DNA of 64,000 nucleotides from an uncultured Chlorobiaceae bacterium (GCA_903940125.1 CAJAJL010000059.1:58935-122934); one strand, 5' to 3'; shown: positions 18,090 through 27,916, numbered from the stretch's first letter. The notes: generated by a model from the sequence alone, not told the origin. Made by a program: numbers and translations.

Positions 18090-19214
18090 GTGGTTATGAT
18101 GGAAAGTATCGAAAATAATAAAAGAATTAATGCTGGTAGATTTTCAATATTATACGATCTTTATATTGATTTACTTGGCAGTTTGGTTCCAGGTCTTTTT
18201 AGTGTAATTATTGGCGGCACAATAATATTTTTAGCATTTGTATCTATTTACTCAAAATTGTTTAACCTCACAATTTTTTCAAATAAATTGATCAATGTAA
18301 GTTCAGTCATTTCAGCTTTAGCAAAATTATTAGGATCACTGCATTGGGAGTTATCCATTGTTACTGTTATTACTGCTTATATTGTAGGAACAATATTCTT
18401 TAGGCAAGACCCAAAAAAACCAGATGCAGCAAGCGCTTTATATGTGTGGATAAATTCAAAAAAAAAAGAACGCCCAGAATTAGCAGTCCAATCTACAAAA
18501 ACTTTACCACCTTATCTTGAACTTTTTGATCCGGAGGATAAACCAAAATTATTTGCGCGGTTGCGCTCCACTCTGCGCATTGGGAAATTTACTCGAGATT
18601 TAGGTTTAGATACACAATTCCCTTATCTCTATCTTCGTTGTTATTTGGCAGCAAGAGGTCTAACTCATTTATTAAGATTTATTCCTTGGTGCCCGTCTGA
18701 CAAAAATACACATAGCTTTAGGACAAAGATGTTTATCAATATCCTTAAAATTCGCCTTACGGGGCTTTTTCCAGATCTCTCAACAGATATTGTACGCAAT
18801 GAAGCGCATGTCAGGCTGGCTACATCAGTCTGGTATGCTTCATCAGCACTCATCCTCTTATCAATTTTTGTTATTACGTGCTTAATCTTAATTCTTTTTT
18901 CAATTACACATATAATATCTTTTTCTATACTTATATCACTTATCCCCTCATTAATTACGGTTATTTTTTGTGTATCTTTAAAAATTTATTTAAATAAATG
19001 TATTCATTATATGCGAGTACGAGAAGTGATTTATGTACTTGAAGCTGCAAACATGGCAGAAATAATGCGTGGTGAAAAACTTTTTAATGATCTAATTGAG
19101 AAAGATTATTCTAACAAATGTTTACAATGCGAAACAATTAAACTGAAAACAGTAAATTATCCTTTTACCACACAATCAGTGATAAAATCAAGGCTTAATG
19201 AAAAATTAATATAA
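18090..19214 (+). CDS. AT-rich hypothetical multi-pass membrane protein
   Basis: 374-aa ORF with two N-terminal and two C-terminal hydrophobic stretches; composition clearly more AT-rich than its flanks. Confidence 0.7.
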   Translation: MVMMESIENNKRINAGRFSILYDLYIDLLGSLVPGLFSVIIGGTIIFLAFVSIYSKLFNLTIFSNKLINVSSVISALAKLLGSLHWELSIVTVITAYIVGTIFFRQDPKKPDAASALYVWINSKKKERPELAVQSTKTLPPYLELFDPEDKPKLFARLRSTLRIGKFTRDLGLDTQFPYLYLRCYLAARGLTHLLRFIPWCPSDKNTHSFRTKMFINILKIRLTGLFPDLSTDIVRNEAHVRLATSVWYASSALILLSIFVITCLILILFSITHIISFSILISLIPSLITVIFCVSLKIYLNKCIHYMRVREVIYVLEAANMAEIMRGEKLFNDLIEKDYSNKCLQCETIKLKTVNYPFTTQSVIKSRLNEKLI

Positions 19215-19439
19215 ATGGACATTTAAGAAGTTGATTTTTTAATGGTTCATTAAACAATAGAGAAATATTCTTTTGTTATTCAATTAGTATTATTTTCTGT
19301 ATTCATCTATCAGTATGAACAGATTTGTCGGAGTGTTTACATACTTTTGCACCTATTATCCTGAAATTGTGTATCGGTGCTGGTAATATGGCCGTGAATC
19401 AGAAAAAATGAGTCAGTATCGAATGATCTTTACCCCAGC

Positions 19440-19880
19440 TCTTGGCCTGCCTTTGTCGCAAGCTTTTGCGATCATAAATCGCTGCACTACTCCCTGCTGG
19501 CTCGAATTGCGCAACATGCCGCATCACTCGTAAAGCAGGAGACGTCAGAGTACTTGCCTCTGCATTGCACACCAGCCATAAAGAACTTCATTTGCGCAGC
19601 AGTGCTTTCGATTGGCCAGAGCCGTCAGTCTGCATCCGCATTCAGCCGAGCCTCCTGCAGCAAGTCTGCATCCGCAGCCAGCTTCACCGCTTTCTTGTGC
19701 GATCACAAAGCGCAGCACTCCGCTCTTCGGGCTCTGTTTGCGCAGCCTCTCAGGCGGCCAGCTACAGCTGAAGAGGCAGCTCAGCAGCTTTGCCTGTAAG
19801 ACTGCAGCAGGGTTTCGCTCTTTGCGGCAGCGGCGACTACAGCAGCTTTGCGCGCCATGCTTTTGCTGTTGCTATTGTTG
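19440..19880. repeat. Degenerate units of the hairpin/GCAGC repeat family
   Basis: gcactactccctgctggctcgaattgcgcaacatgccgcatc (~19483) and gcactccgctcttcgggctctgtttgcgcagc (~19715) match the array consensus. Confidence 0.65.
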
Positions 19881-19941
19881 CTTGATTACGTCTTTCTTGG
19901 CAAACTTTACCGCAGGTTAATTCAATGTTCGGCAGGGTAGT

Positions 19942-20310
19942 TTAATCAAGTTTGTTCAATCGCTTCCAGACTGCTTCGCTAAGAACGCCAGAAGCTGTAT
20001 CCGCATCATAAGCAAAATATGATTTCTCATCTATGCCTTCTGATTTTGCACAATCTCTCATTAGAGCATCATTTCCTCTATACAATCCAAGCTCATTTCG
20101 GATGAACATGCCTAAGCCGAAATGAAGCATAATTAGATCATCTGCCTTGGTCTCTTGAATCAACTGTTTCTGGTTTTCATCAAGGGTCGAAATAATCCAG
20201 TCAACAGCCGAGCTTATCGTTTGTGGCCATTGTGATTCATTCAGCATAATTTGAATATTTTTGCATGAGTATAAATCTACTTCACGTAATATATGGAGCA
20301 TTACGAGCAA
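19942..20310 (-). CDS. Hypothetical protein (DUF6794-like)
   Basis: HFGLGMFIRNELGL motif and D.ASGVL...VW end; true start probably nearer MLNESQWP. Confidence 0.55.
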   Translation of the reverse strand: MLVMLHILREVDLYSCKNIQIMLNESQWPQTISSAVDWIISTLDENQKQLIQETKADDLIMLHFGLGMFIRNELGLYRGNDALMRDCAKSEGIDEKSYFAYDADTASGVLSEAVWKRLNKLD

Positions 20311-22005
20311 TATTCCTCAATACTTTGCCCTGTAGTCGTGGCAAGCAACAGCCAAGCGCAGCATTCCGCCCTGAAGGCTCCACTTGCGCAACATGCCGCA
20401 TCATTCGCACCGCCAGCCGAATTGCTTTTGTTTTGCCGCGCAGTATGCTTTCATGACCAAAACAGCGGAAGCCACCAGAACAGCCTGACCTGCCCCCGGC
20501 ACTCCGCTGCGCTTCGTGCCTCGCCGCCTCACGACGCGCGAAGAGCTAAAGCGCGACAATCGGCAGCGGCGTGCTGACGCCCGCGGGGGCAAAAGAAATC
20601 AGCTCGTTGCTCGTTTTGTGCCCGCTCTGCTCTGCAGCTCTGAATGAGAAGGCACTGCATTCCGCCCTTCGGGCTCTACTTGCGCAAAATGCCGCATTGC
20701 TTGCACGCCTGCCGCCAGAGCACTCCCAGCAGTCCGCATCCGCGCCCGGCTGATCAATTCGCATCGGCCTGCATTCGCAGTCAGATGAGGCTCAGCACTT
20801 GCCCTGCACCGCACTCCAGCCCTGGCGGGCTTCGTTTGTGCAGCAAGTGCTTTCGCCCGCTCGGGCACGGCAACAGGCTGCATCCGCAGCAGGTTGCCTT
20901 CTGTGCAGTAAGTCTGGATCGACATCCAACTCCATACCGCTCAGCATTACCAAGCGCTTCACTCCGCCCTTCGGGCTCCATTTGCGCAGCAATGCTTTCG
21001 CTCAGCAACGCAGCAGTCCGCATTCGCGCCCAGCTGTTCAATTCGCATCGGCCTGCATTCGCAGTCAGATGAGGATCAGCACTTGCCCTGCACCGCACTC
21101 CAGCCCTGGCGGGCTTCGTTTGTGCAGCAGTGCTTTCGCCCGTTGGTGCACGGCAACAGGCTGCATCCGCAGCAGGTTGCCTTCTGTACTGCAAGTCCAT
21201 ACCGATCAGCATTACCAGGCGCTGCACTCCGCCCTGCGGGCTCCATTTGCGCAGCAATGCTTTCGTGCAGCAACGCAACAGCCCGCATTCGCTGCCGGTT
21301 GCTCTCGTGCAGCAAGTCTGCAGCTGCATTTGCCGCTCTTCACTTCCATGTGCCGCACTCCGCCCTGCGGGCTCCTCTTGCACAGCATTGCCGCACCGCC
21401 AGACGCCAGAACACTTCCAGCAATCCGCATCCGCGCCCGACTGTACCACAATCGCAGCGGCCTGCATTCGCAGTCAGCTGCAGCTCAGCACTTGCCTTGC
21501 ACTGCACTCCAGCCCTGGCGGGCTTCGTTTGTGCAGCAAGTGCTTTCGCCCGTTGGTGCAAGGCAACAGGCTGCATCCGCAGCAGGTTGCCTTCTGTACT
21601 GCAAGTCTGGATCTACATCCAACTCCATACCGATCAGCATTACCAGGCGCTGCACTCCGCCCTGCGGGCTCCATTTGCGCAGCAATGCTTTCGCTCAGCA
21701 ACGCAACAGCCCGCATTCGCTGCCGGTTGCTCTCGTACAACAAGTCTGCAGCTGCATTTGCCGCTCTTTACTGCCAGGTGCCGCACACCAGCCCTGAAGG
21801 GCTCCATTTGCACAACATGCCGCATCGCCAGACGCCAGAGCACACGCAGCAGTCCGCATTCGCGCCCAGCTGTTCAATTCGCATCGGCCTGCATTCGCAG
21901 TCAGATTGCTTATTCCGGCAATATCGAACACTTTATCCGGTCAACTTCGAACACTGAACATCCACCATTCAGTCTGCAAGAAGTAATTTACAAAAGTGTT
22001 CGAAG

Positions 22006-22743
22006 TTAGCGCATATTTGCCATCAATTTTCGCATAGATTCTCCTTTCAAGGTTATTTGATATGCATTGTGCACCAACCGGTCACAGATAGCATCAGCCA
22101 GTGTTGGGTCGTCGATGAGCCGGTGCCACTCTGAGACCGGATACTGCGTACTTATGATGGTTGAACGCACGTTATGGCGATCTTCCATGATTTCAAGGAT
22201 ATCTCGTTTTGCGATATCGGTAAGTGGGCTCATGCCCCAATCGTCAATGATGAGCAGTTCAGTTCTCGATAGCTTTTCCAGCTGTTTCTTGTAAGAGCCA
22301 TCAGCCCTGCCGATACCCAGATCATGCAGGAGCCGTGAAAGCCGGACATAGCTCGTGCCTATTCCCGCCCGGCAGGCGGCTACGCCAAAGGCGCATGCCA
22401 GCCAGGTTTTACCGGCCCCCGTCGGGCCGGTAATGATGAGATTTCGATGATTTTTGATCCATTCATTGCGAGCCAGATCCATCACCATAGATTTCGCAAG
22501 TCCACGTTGTGGTGTCGTATGCAGCTCTTCGATGCAGGCACCAGGATAGCGCAGACGGGCCTGACGCAGTAACGTGGTGAGCTTGTGGTTTTCGCGCACG
22601 GTCTTTTCGTGTTGGACGAGCAGCAGCAGCCGTTCGGCAAAGTCCATTTCGGAGGCCATCGGAGTCCTGATCTGCATCTCAAGAGCATCTGCCATACCAT
22701 GGAGCTTGAGGGCGGCCAATTGCTCCTTAACGTTCTGTAGCAT
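22006..22743 (-). CDS. istB: IS21 helper AAA+ ATPase IstB
   Basis: GPTGAGKT, LLIIDDWG, DAICDRLVH. Start moved to ATG at 22743 (RBS aggaggag; overlaps the istA end). Confidence 0.95.
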   Translation of the reverse strand: MLQNVKEQLAALKLHGMADALEMQIRTPMASEMDFAERLLLLVQHEKTVRENHKLTTLLRQARLRYPGACIEELHTTPQRGLAKSMVMDLARNEWIKNHRNLIITGPTGAGKTWLACAFGVAACRAGIGTSYVRLSRLLHDLGIGRADGSYKKQLEKLSRTELLIIDDWGMSPLTDIAKRDILEIMEDRHNVRSTIISTQYPVSEWHRLIDDPTLADAICDRLVHNAYQITLKGESMRKLMANMR

Positions 22744-24283
22744 AGTAATCTCCTCCTCTGATGTTTTGGTGAGCAATGCCATCAACAGATGCATACTGGT
22801 CGAATAAGGTCACTGTGTCGAGCCCCTTGGCCATCATGGACTTGATGCTCTTATAGTTGGTCAGATTGAGTTCCAGAGCCTTCAGTGCGGCTCGTTCCAG
22901 GCGCTCGGGAGAGTAGGTTTTTGCCAGCCGGATGACACCGAGACAACTGCGAAAGCCATGCTCCGGATGGACCTTGCTGAGCATGATGCGATCCATGAGT
23001 GCTGCGGTGTTCGGGCCGATTTTGGATCCCCATGACCGAATCCGCTCCGGACTCCATTCCCTGTAGAAACGGTGTTCGTGAGGCATGTGCGCGGCATCGG
23101 TAACATACTGGCCGAGCTTGAGGGTTCTGATGTGCTGAGCAACAACCTCGCCTTCATGATAGACCGAGACTACATGGCCGGTGTACTTGATATCGACCTG
23201 CTTGCCAATCAGGCGAAACGGCACGCTGTAGAAGCTTTTGTCTACGGAAATATGGTAATCGATATGCACCTTTGCTTTTTTCCAGTAGCCGATGGTGAAG
23301 CGTTCTTTGGGCAACGGGGCCAGCCGATGCTGCTCCAACTCCATAAACAACTCTTTGCGGCTTTTGCAATACTGGTACATCAGGCGGCTGTTGAGTGCTT
23401 CGAGCTCTTGGGCAATGGCAGCATTGAGCTCTTCAAGACTAAAAAACCGCCGGTTCCTCAGAGGAGCCAGAATACGTCGCTGTACTTGGAGTACCCCAGT
23501 TTCGACCTTTGCCTTATCCCTCGGCTTACGAACCCGTGCAGGGAGCACTGCCACCGAATAATGACGAGCAAGATCAGCGAAAGTCGGATTGATTTCCGGG
23601 TCGTAGTAACAGGCATGCGATACGCCACTTTTCAGGTTATCGATTACCAGAAGCTGTGGGCATCCGCCGAAATACTCAAACGCCTTAACGGTCGCAGTGG
23701 CAAAGTCTTCAGCTTTTTGGCTTGAGACGGCACAGGCAAACGTATAGGAGGTGCCGCCGAGCACCGCGACATAGAGCTCCGGCGTCATCAGTTCGCCGGT
23801 TTCAGGATTGATCCACGAAGGCTTGTCGCCGGAAAAGTCGATGAAAAGCTTTTCGCCCGGCGTGTGCGTCAGACGCATGGTTGCCTTGTCCTGCATCTCC
23901 CATTCGTTGAGCATCTCATAGAAACGGGTCTTTTTGTACCCGTCAGGATGTTGTTGCTGATACTCCTCAAACAACAGTTGGCGGGTGATGTGTGTGCCTG
24001 AGCGCTTGAGTTCCTCGACAAGGCCCTGTATGTCAGGTCCCGGTCGCAGATCACGGATTTTCGGAACAGGTTGCAGCCGCTTTGTTAATGCAGAGTCTGG
24101 CATAGCTGCAAGGGCTTCATATTCAAGACCAAGCGCCTCGATTTTTTTTACATAACCCTGTACTGTTGATACCGACAGGTTGCAGGCTCCGGCGATGGCC
24201 CGCAGACTTAAATGCTTGTTCAGATGAAGCCGGGCGATTTCATGAATTGTTCTCATAGTTTTTCTTCTGCCTTGTTGTTGCAT
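22727..24283 (-). CDS. istA: IS21 DDE transposase IstA
   Basis: FIDFSG, VIDNLKSGV, PRDKAKVETGV, IDYHISVDKSFYSVP. Start at 24283 or 24256. Confidence 0.95.
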   Translation of the reverse strand: MQQQGRRKTMRTIHEIARLHLNKHLSLRAIAGACNLSVSTVQGYVKKIEALGLEYEALAAMPDSALTKRLQPVPKIRDLRPGPDIQGLVEELKRSGTHITRQLLFEEYQQQHPDGYKKTRFYEMLNEWEMQDKATMRLTHTPGEKLFIDFSGDKPSWINPETGELMTPELYVAVLGGTSYTFACAVSSQKAEDFATATVKAFEYFGGCPQLLVIDNLKSGVSHACYYDPEINPTFADLARHYSVAVLPARVRKPRDKAKVETGVLQVQRRILAPLRNRRFFSLEELNAAIAQELEALNSRLMYQYCKSRKELFMELEQHRLAPLPKERFTIGYWKKAKVHIDYHISVDKSFYSVPFRLIGKQVDIKYTGHVVSVYHEGEVVAQHIRTLKLGQYVTDAAHMPHEHRFYREWSPERIRSWGSKIGPNTAALMDRIMLSKVHPEHGFRSCLGVIRLAKTYSPERLERAALKALELNLTNYKSIKSMMAKGLDTVTLFDQYASVDGIAHQNIRGGDYYATER

Positions 24284-25335
24284 AGCCTTCCGTTTTGGTT
24301 CTAAAAAAACGATCAGGCTACAGGATACGTCAACCTGCAGAAGAATGATGAATGGTTTTCCGGAGACTTCGAACACCTTTTCCACTCAGGGTAAAAAAGT
24401 GTTCGATCTTATGCGGAATTACTGTTCGACTTTTTCCGGAATTAGTGTTCGAAGTTTAGCGAAGTTTTTGTTCGAGGTTAGCCGGAATATGCAGTCAGAT
24501 GAAGCTCAGCACTTGCCCTGCACCGCACTCCAGCCCTGGCGGGCTTCGTTTGTGCAGCAAGTGCTTTCGCCCGCTGGTGCACGGCAACAGGCTGCATCCG
24601 CAGCAGGTTGCCTTCTATGCAGTAAGTCTGGAGCTACATCCAACTCCATACCGATCAGCATTACCAGGCGCTGCACTCCGCCCTGCGGGCTCCATTTGCG
24701 CAGCAATGCTTTCGCTCAACAACGCAACAGCCCGCATTCGCTGCCGGTTGCTCTCTTGCAGCAAGTCTGCATTCGCATTCAGCTGCATTTGCCGCTCTTC
24801 ACTGCCAAGTGCCGCACACCAGCCCTGAAGGGCTTCGTTTGCACAACACTCCGCACCGCCAGACGCCAGAACACTTCCAGCAATCCGCATCCGCGCCCGA
24901 CTGTACCACAATCGCAGCGGCCTGCATTCGCAGTCAGCTGCATTTACCACTCTTCACCGCCAGAGCACACGCAGCAGTCCGCATTCGCGCCCAGCTGTTC
25001 AATTCGCCAGCAGGTTGTCTTCTATGCAGTAAGTCTGTATCTGCATCCAACTCCATACCGATCAGCATTACCAGGCGCTGCACTCCGCCCTGAAGGGCTT
25101 CGTTTGCACAAAAGTGCTTTCGCTGCTAAGCTTGTCAGCTCCGCTACAGCTCTCGCTACGCTGAAAGAGGCTCATCTCATCCAACAGCCTGCATTCGCAG
25201 CCAGCTGCATATTGCCAGCGCCGTGCCCGCATTGCGCTTGCTCTGATCTTGCCGCCGCCTGCCTTTGCTGGACCGCCTTCCAGCGCCTGCTTCGATTGCA
25301 GAAATCTACTTCGAGAAACAGCGGCTCACGAAGAC

Positions 25336-25420
25336 GACTTTGAGAAACACCAGCGAAAAAAGAAGTAAAGTCTGGGGAAGATTTTGTCCACTCACCCACC
25401 CCTCCAAAGATCTCGGAAGA
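25336..25420. repeat. Direct-repeat module, second copy at ~26818-26900
   Basis: Both copies read actttSagWaacaccagcgaa...ggaagattttgtccacYcRcccacccctccaaa...aagagctg. Confidence 0.8.
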
Positions 25421-25589
25421 GCTGAAATTCAAACAGCCCTTTAAGAAGAGAGATCTGAGGCGGGTACGCATTTTTATGTCTGCGCGCCTGCAGAGCTTGC
25501 TTAGCGTGTCAACTGACCTTGGCAGTGCTGGCGTTCAGAAGAGGATTGGCGGCAGAACGGGCATTGGCAGCTTGCTTGGCGGCGTGCGG

Positions 25590-26310
25590 CTTTGCTTTGG
25601 CGGAAAAGCGGAACATTGGCTGTTTGTATACACTAGCGGGAGGTCAGGGCAGTGGCGGCGGTCGATGCATTGGCGGGAGGGCGGCTGGTTTACCTGTTTG
25701 TCTGCCTACGGGGCGTGAGAACGGACATTGGTAGTGCTATCGCGCGGAAGAGGATTGCGTGACAACTGACCTTTTACAATCTATGTCGTCCAGCGCCTGG
25801 GGTAACTCATCACTCCATCACAGAGACCAGTGGCCAGGACTAACGACGAACTTTAACACTGCGCGCATTCGCTTGCTGACTTGGTAACTGACATTGGCAA
25901 ATGCTGTCATGAAGAGCTTTGGCGGAAGAGCGGACATTGGCAACAATTAAATATGGCGCTTCGCGCATTAATGTGGGCGGGCCACCACAGAAGTGATTAA
26001 TTTTATAGCCCCCTGTATGCACTTCTGGGTGGCCCTTCGTGCAGGAGTACCTGCATCTTGCCAGCAGGTTTGTCACAATATTTGCAAGCAGGAGTTTGGG
26101 CAAATATGGCGCCAAACCCTTGCCACAATCAACTCAGCGATAAGCCTGCGGCATGAAGATCGCTAAAGAGCCCGACGCGGGTACACATCCGGCTCTTTGC
26201 GTCAAGAGCAGCCGGCTTATGAGTACAACGCCCGCTGCGGCGTGTCCACTCCTTCGGTGCTTGGCGGTGCTGTCGGAAGAGCTTTGGCGTGAGAACTTGG
26301 CATTGGCAGC
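25590..26310. repeat. Four dispersed ~25-30 bp repeats
   Basis: gctttggcggaaaagcggaacattgg (~25596), ggcgtgagaacggacattgg (~25712), gctttggcggaagagcggacattgg (~25916), gctttggcgtgagaacttggcattgg (~26281). Confidence 0.6.
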
Positions 26311-26362
26311 AAGAGAGCGTGGGAGAGGAAAGAAAGCGGAAGCTCTGCAAAGAGACTATTAG

Positions 26363-26840
26363 AAACACCAGCAAAAAGCCCTACAGCTCGAAGTCAACTT
26401 TCAGAAACACCAGCAAGAAAAATTGCAGCTCGGAATCAACTTTCAGTAACACCAGCAAGAAAAAACTGCAGCTCGGAATCAACTTTCAGAAACACCAGCA
26501 AGAAAAATTGCAGCTCGAAGTCAACTTTCAGTAACACCAGCAAGAAAAACTGCAGCTCGGAATCAACTTTCAGTAACACCAGCAAAAAAAACTGCAGCTC
26601 GAAGTCAACTTTCAGTAACACCAGCAAAAAAAACTGCAGCTCGAAGTCAACTTTCAGTAACACCAGCAAGAAAAAACTGCAGCTCGGAATCAACTTTCAG
26701 TAACACCAGCAAGAAAAACTCCATCTCGGAATCAACTTTCAGTAACACCAGCAAGAATAACTGCATCTCGGAATCAACTTTCAGAAACACCAGCAGGAAA
26801 AAGCTGCATCTCGGAATCAACTTTCAGTAACACCAGCGAA
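26363..26840. repeat. Tandem array of 11 x 42-43 bp units plus a partial twelfth
   Basis: Consensus WAACACCAGCAAGAAAAACTGCAGCTCGRARTCAACTTTCAG. Eight 42-bp and three 43-bp units account exactly for 26363-26827. No spacers. Confidence 0.97.
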
Positions 26841-27021
26841 GAAAGATTAGGGAAGATTTTGTCCACCCGCCCACCCCTCCAAAAAACGTGTAAGAGCTGG
26901 TTAAGATTCCGTTGTCACTCCAAAACAAGACCTCAGCTGGACACTCAACGGCATAAAGGAAAATTTAGGCTGTAATGGCTTGGTGAAATAAATCGGTCTG
27001 TATCGGTAAGATCAGGGCGAT

Positions 27022-27192
27022 TCAAAAGTGGGTATGAAAAGCATCTTCAAGCTCGTCCGAGGTAAATTGATATCCCTGCCGATTAATAAAAGCCATCTTT
27101 GTTTCTACATCTTCCATCCTGTTCACCGCTTCATTAAACGTATCATCACTTTTCATCCTGTCGAGAAATGCATTTGCATCTTGATGTGACAT
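27022..27192 (-). CDS. Nif11-like leader-peptide family protein without an evident core peptide
   Basis: MSHQDANAFLDRMKSDDTFNEAV...INRQGYQFTSDELE matches the Nif11 pattern (A..F...MK.D..F...GY.FT..EL). No GG motif; 56 aa. Confidence 0.65.
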   Translation of the reverse strand: MSHQDANAFLDRMKSDDTFNEAVNRMEDVETKMAFINRQGYQFTSDELEDAFHTHF

Positions 27193-27473
27193 GGCTTTTC
27201 GATTGTAGGGGTTGGGGGGGGAACTGATTTTTTCTTTTAACCAGTTGTACAATTACAGTACTATAACACATTATTCTTGCAATGTCATGATCAGGGAAAA
27301 GAAAAGAGAGTCTTTATGGCGGTTTATGATTGGGGTTTATCAGGGTTAAGTGCTTTTCAGGTAGTCCGATGTGGGCGGCAAGTGTGCGTCGGAGCGGCTG
27401 AGAAAGAACTCTTATGGCAGAATAGAGGTCGCTTTCGCGACGTAGTATCACTTCGTGATGGGGAGTTTCCGTT

Positions 27474-27830
27474 TTATCCGATTATAACAAGGCCATCCCG
27501 TTGTCTTGGTTCGGGTTCTGGGGTGCGTTTTGCGTAGCGGGCCGGGCGGGTGCGCTCAAGGTACCAGGCGCTCGCGTGCCAGTCCTTTTTTGAGGCTTTG
27601 GTTATAGTATTAAGGTGCTGCAGCTCGCATTTTGCCTCTGCGGTTGGCAGTGCGTCGTAAAGCTGGCGCTGCAGGGTGTCCTGCTCCTCCTGGGCGTGCT
27701 CTTTGCCCTCTTTGCACCATTCGTAATAGGTGGATCGGCTTATTCCGGCAGCGGTGCAGGCTATCTCTTTTGTCATCCCCTGGCCGATGAAGCCAAGCAG
27801 CTTTTTTATGTGATATCCATCCAGTTTCAT
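27474..27830 (-). CDS. Phage terminase small subunit-like HTH protein
   Basis: GMTKEIACTAAGISRSTYYEW HTH followed by AEAKCE...W HASAWYLERTRPARY, a pattern typical of the terS-like family. Confidence 0.62.
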   Translation of the reverse strand: MKLDGYHIKKLLGFIGQGMTKEIACTAAGISRSTYYEWCKEGKEHAQEEQDTLQRQLYDALPTAEAKCELQHLNTITKASKKDWHASAWYLERTRPARYAKRTPEPEPRQRDGLVIIG

Positions 27831-27855
27831 GGCGTAAAATAAGCAAAGATCGTAT

Positions 27856-27891
27856 AAGAAAGAAAACCCGGCTTTTCAGGGTCGGGCTTTC
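27856..27891 (-). terminator. Putative rho-independent terminator between gp157 and the terS-like gene
   Basis: Minus strand gaaagcccgac-cctgaaaa-gccgggttttc followed by tttctt. Confidence 0.55.
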
Positions 27892-27916
27892 GGTCATCGT
27901 TGGGGTCAGGGTGCTA

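Larger units (their letters stand above)
21907..24493 (-). mobile_element. IS21-family insertion sequence, 2587 bp, apparently intact
   Basis: Terminal IRs TGCTTATTCCGGC / TGCATATTCCGGC; 7-bp target duplication GTCAGAT (21900-21906 and 24494-24500); multiple subterminal (A)CTTCGAACAC-like repeats; istA and istB inside. Confidence 0.95.
20640..25130. repeat. Higher-order tandem array of ~130-155 bp hairpin-containing units, interrupted by IS21
   Basis: GCCC-N3/4-GGGC hairpins in a gcac(t/a)cc(a)...ttgc context start at 20664, 20819, 20966, 21103, 21231, 21362, 21512, 21659, 21791, 24533, 24680, 24822 and 25087. Confidence 0.92.

Noticed and set aside
20546-22009. Long ORFs (up to 332 aa) in all three + frames and several - frames over the hairpin array, and again at 24345-25343
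   Set aside because: They arise from a GCA-rich, stop-poor repeat. Unit lengths are mostly not multiples of three, single-base indels separate copies, and the same peptide appears in different frames. No RBS or family motif was seen.
26436-26693. ORF of repeated FLLVLLKVDFELQF
   Set aside because: It is a by-product of the 42-bp (14-codon) period; 43-bp units break the frame at both ends.
20640-26840. CRISPR array interpretation of either repeat array
   Set aside because: The 42-bp array has no spacers. In the hairpin array the linkers are ~100+ bp and are themselves repeated. No cas genes are in the window.
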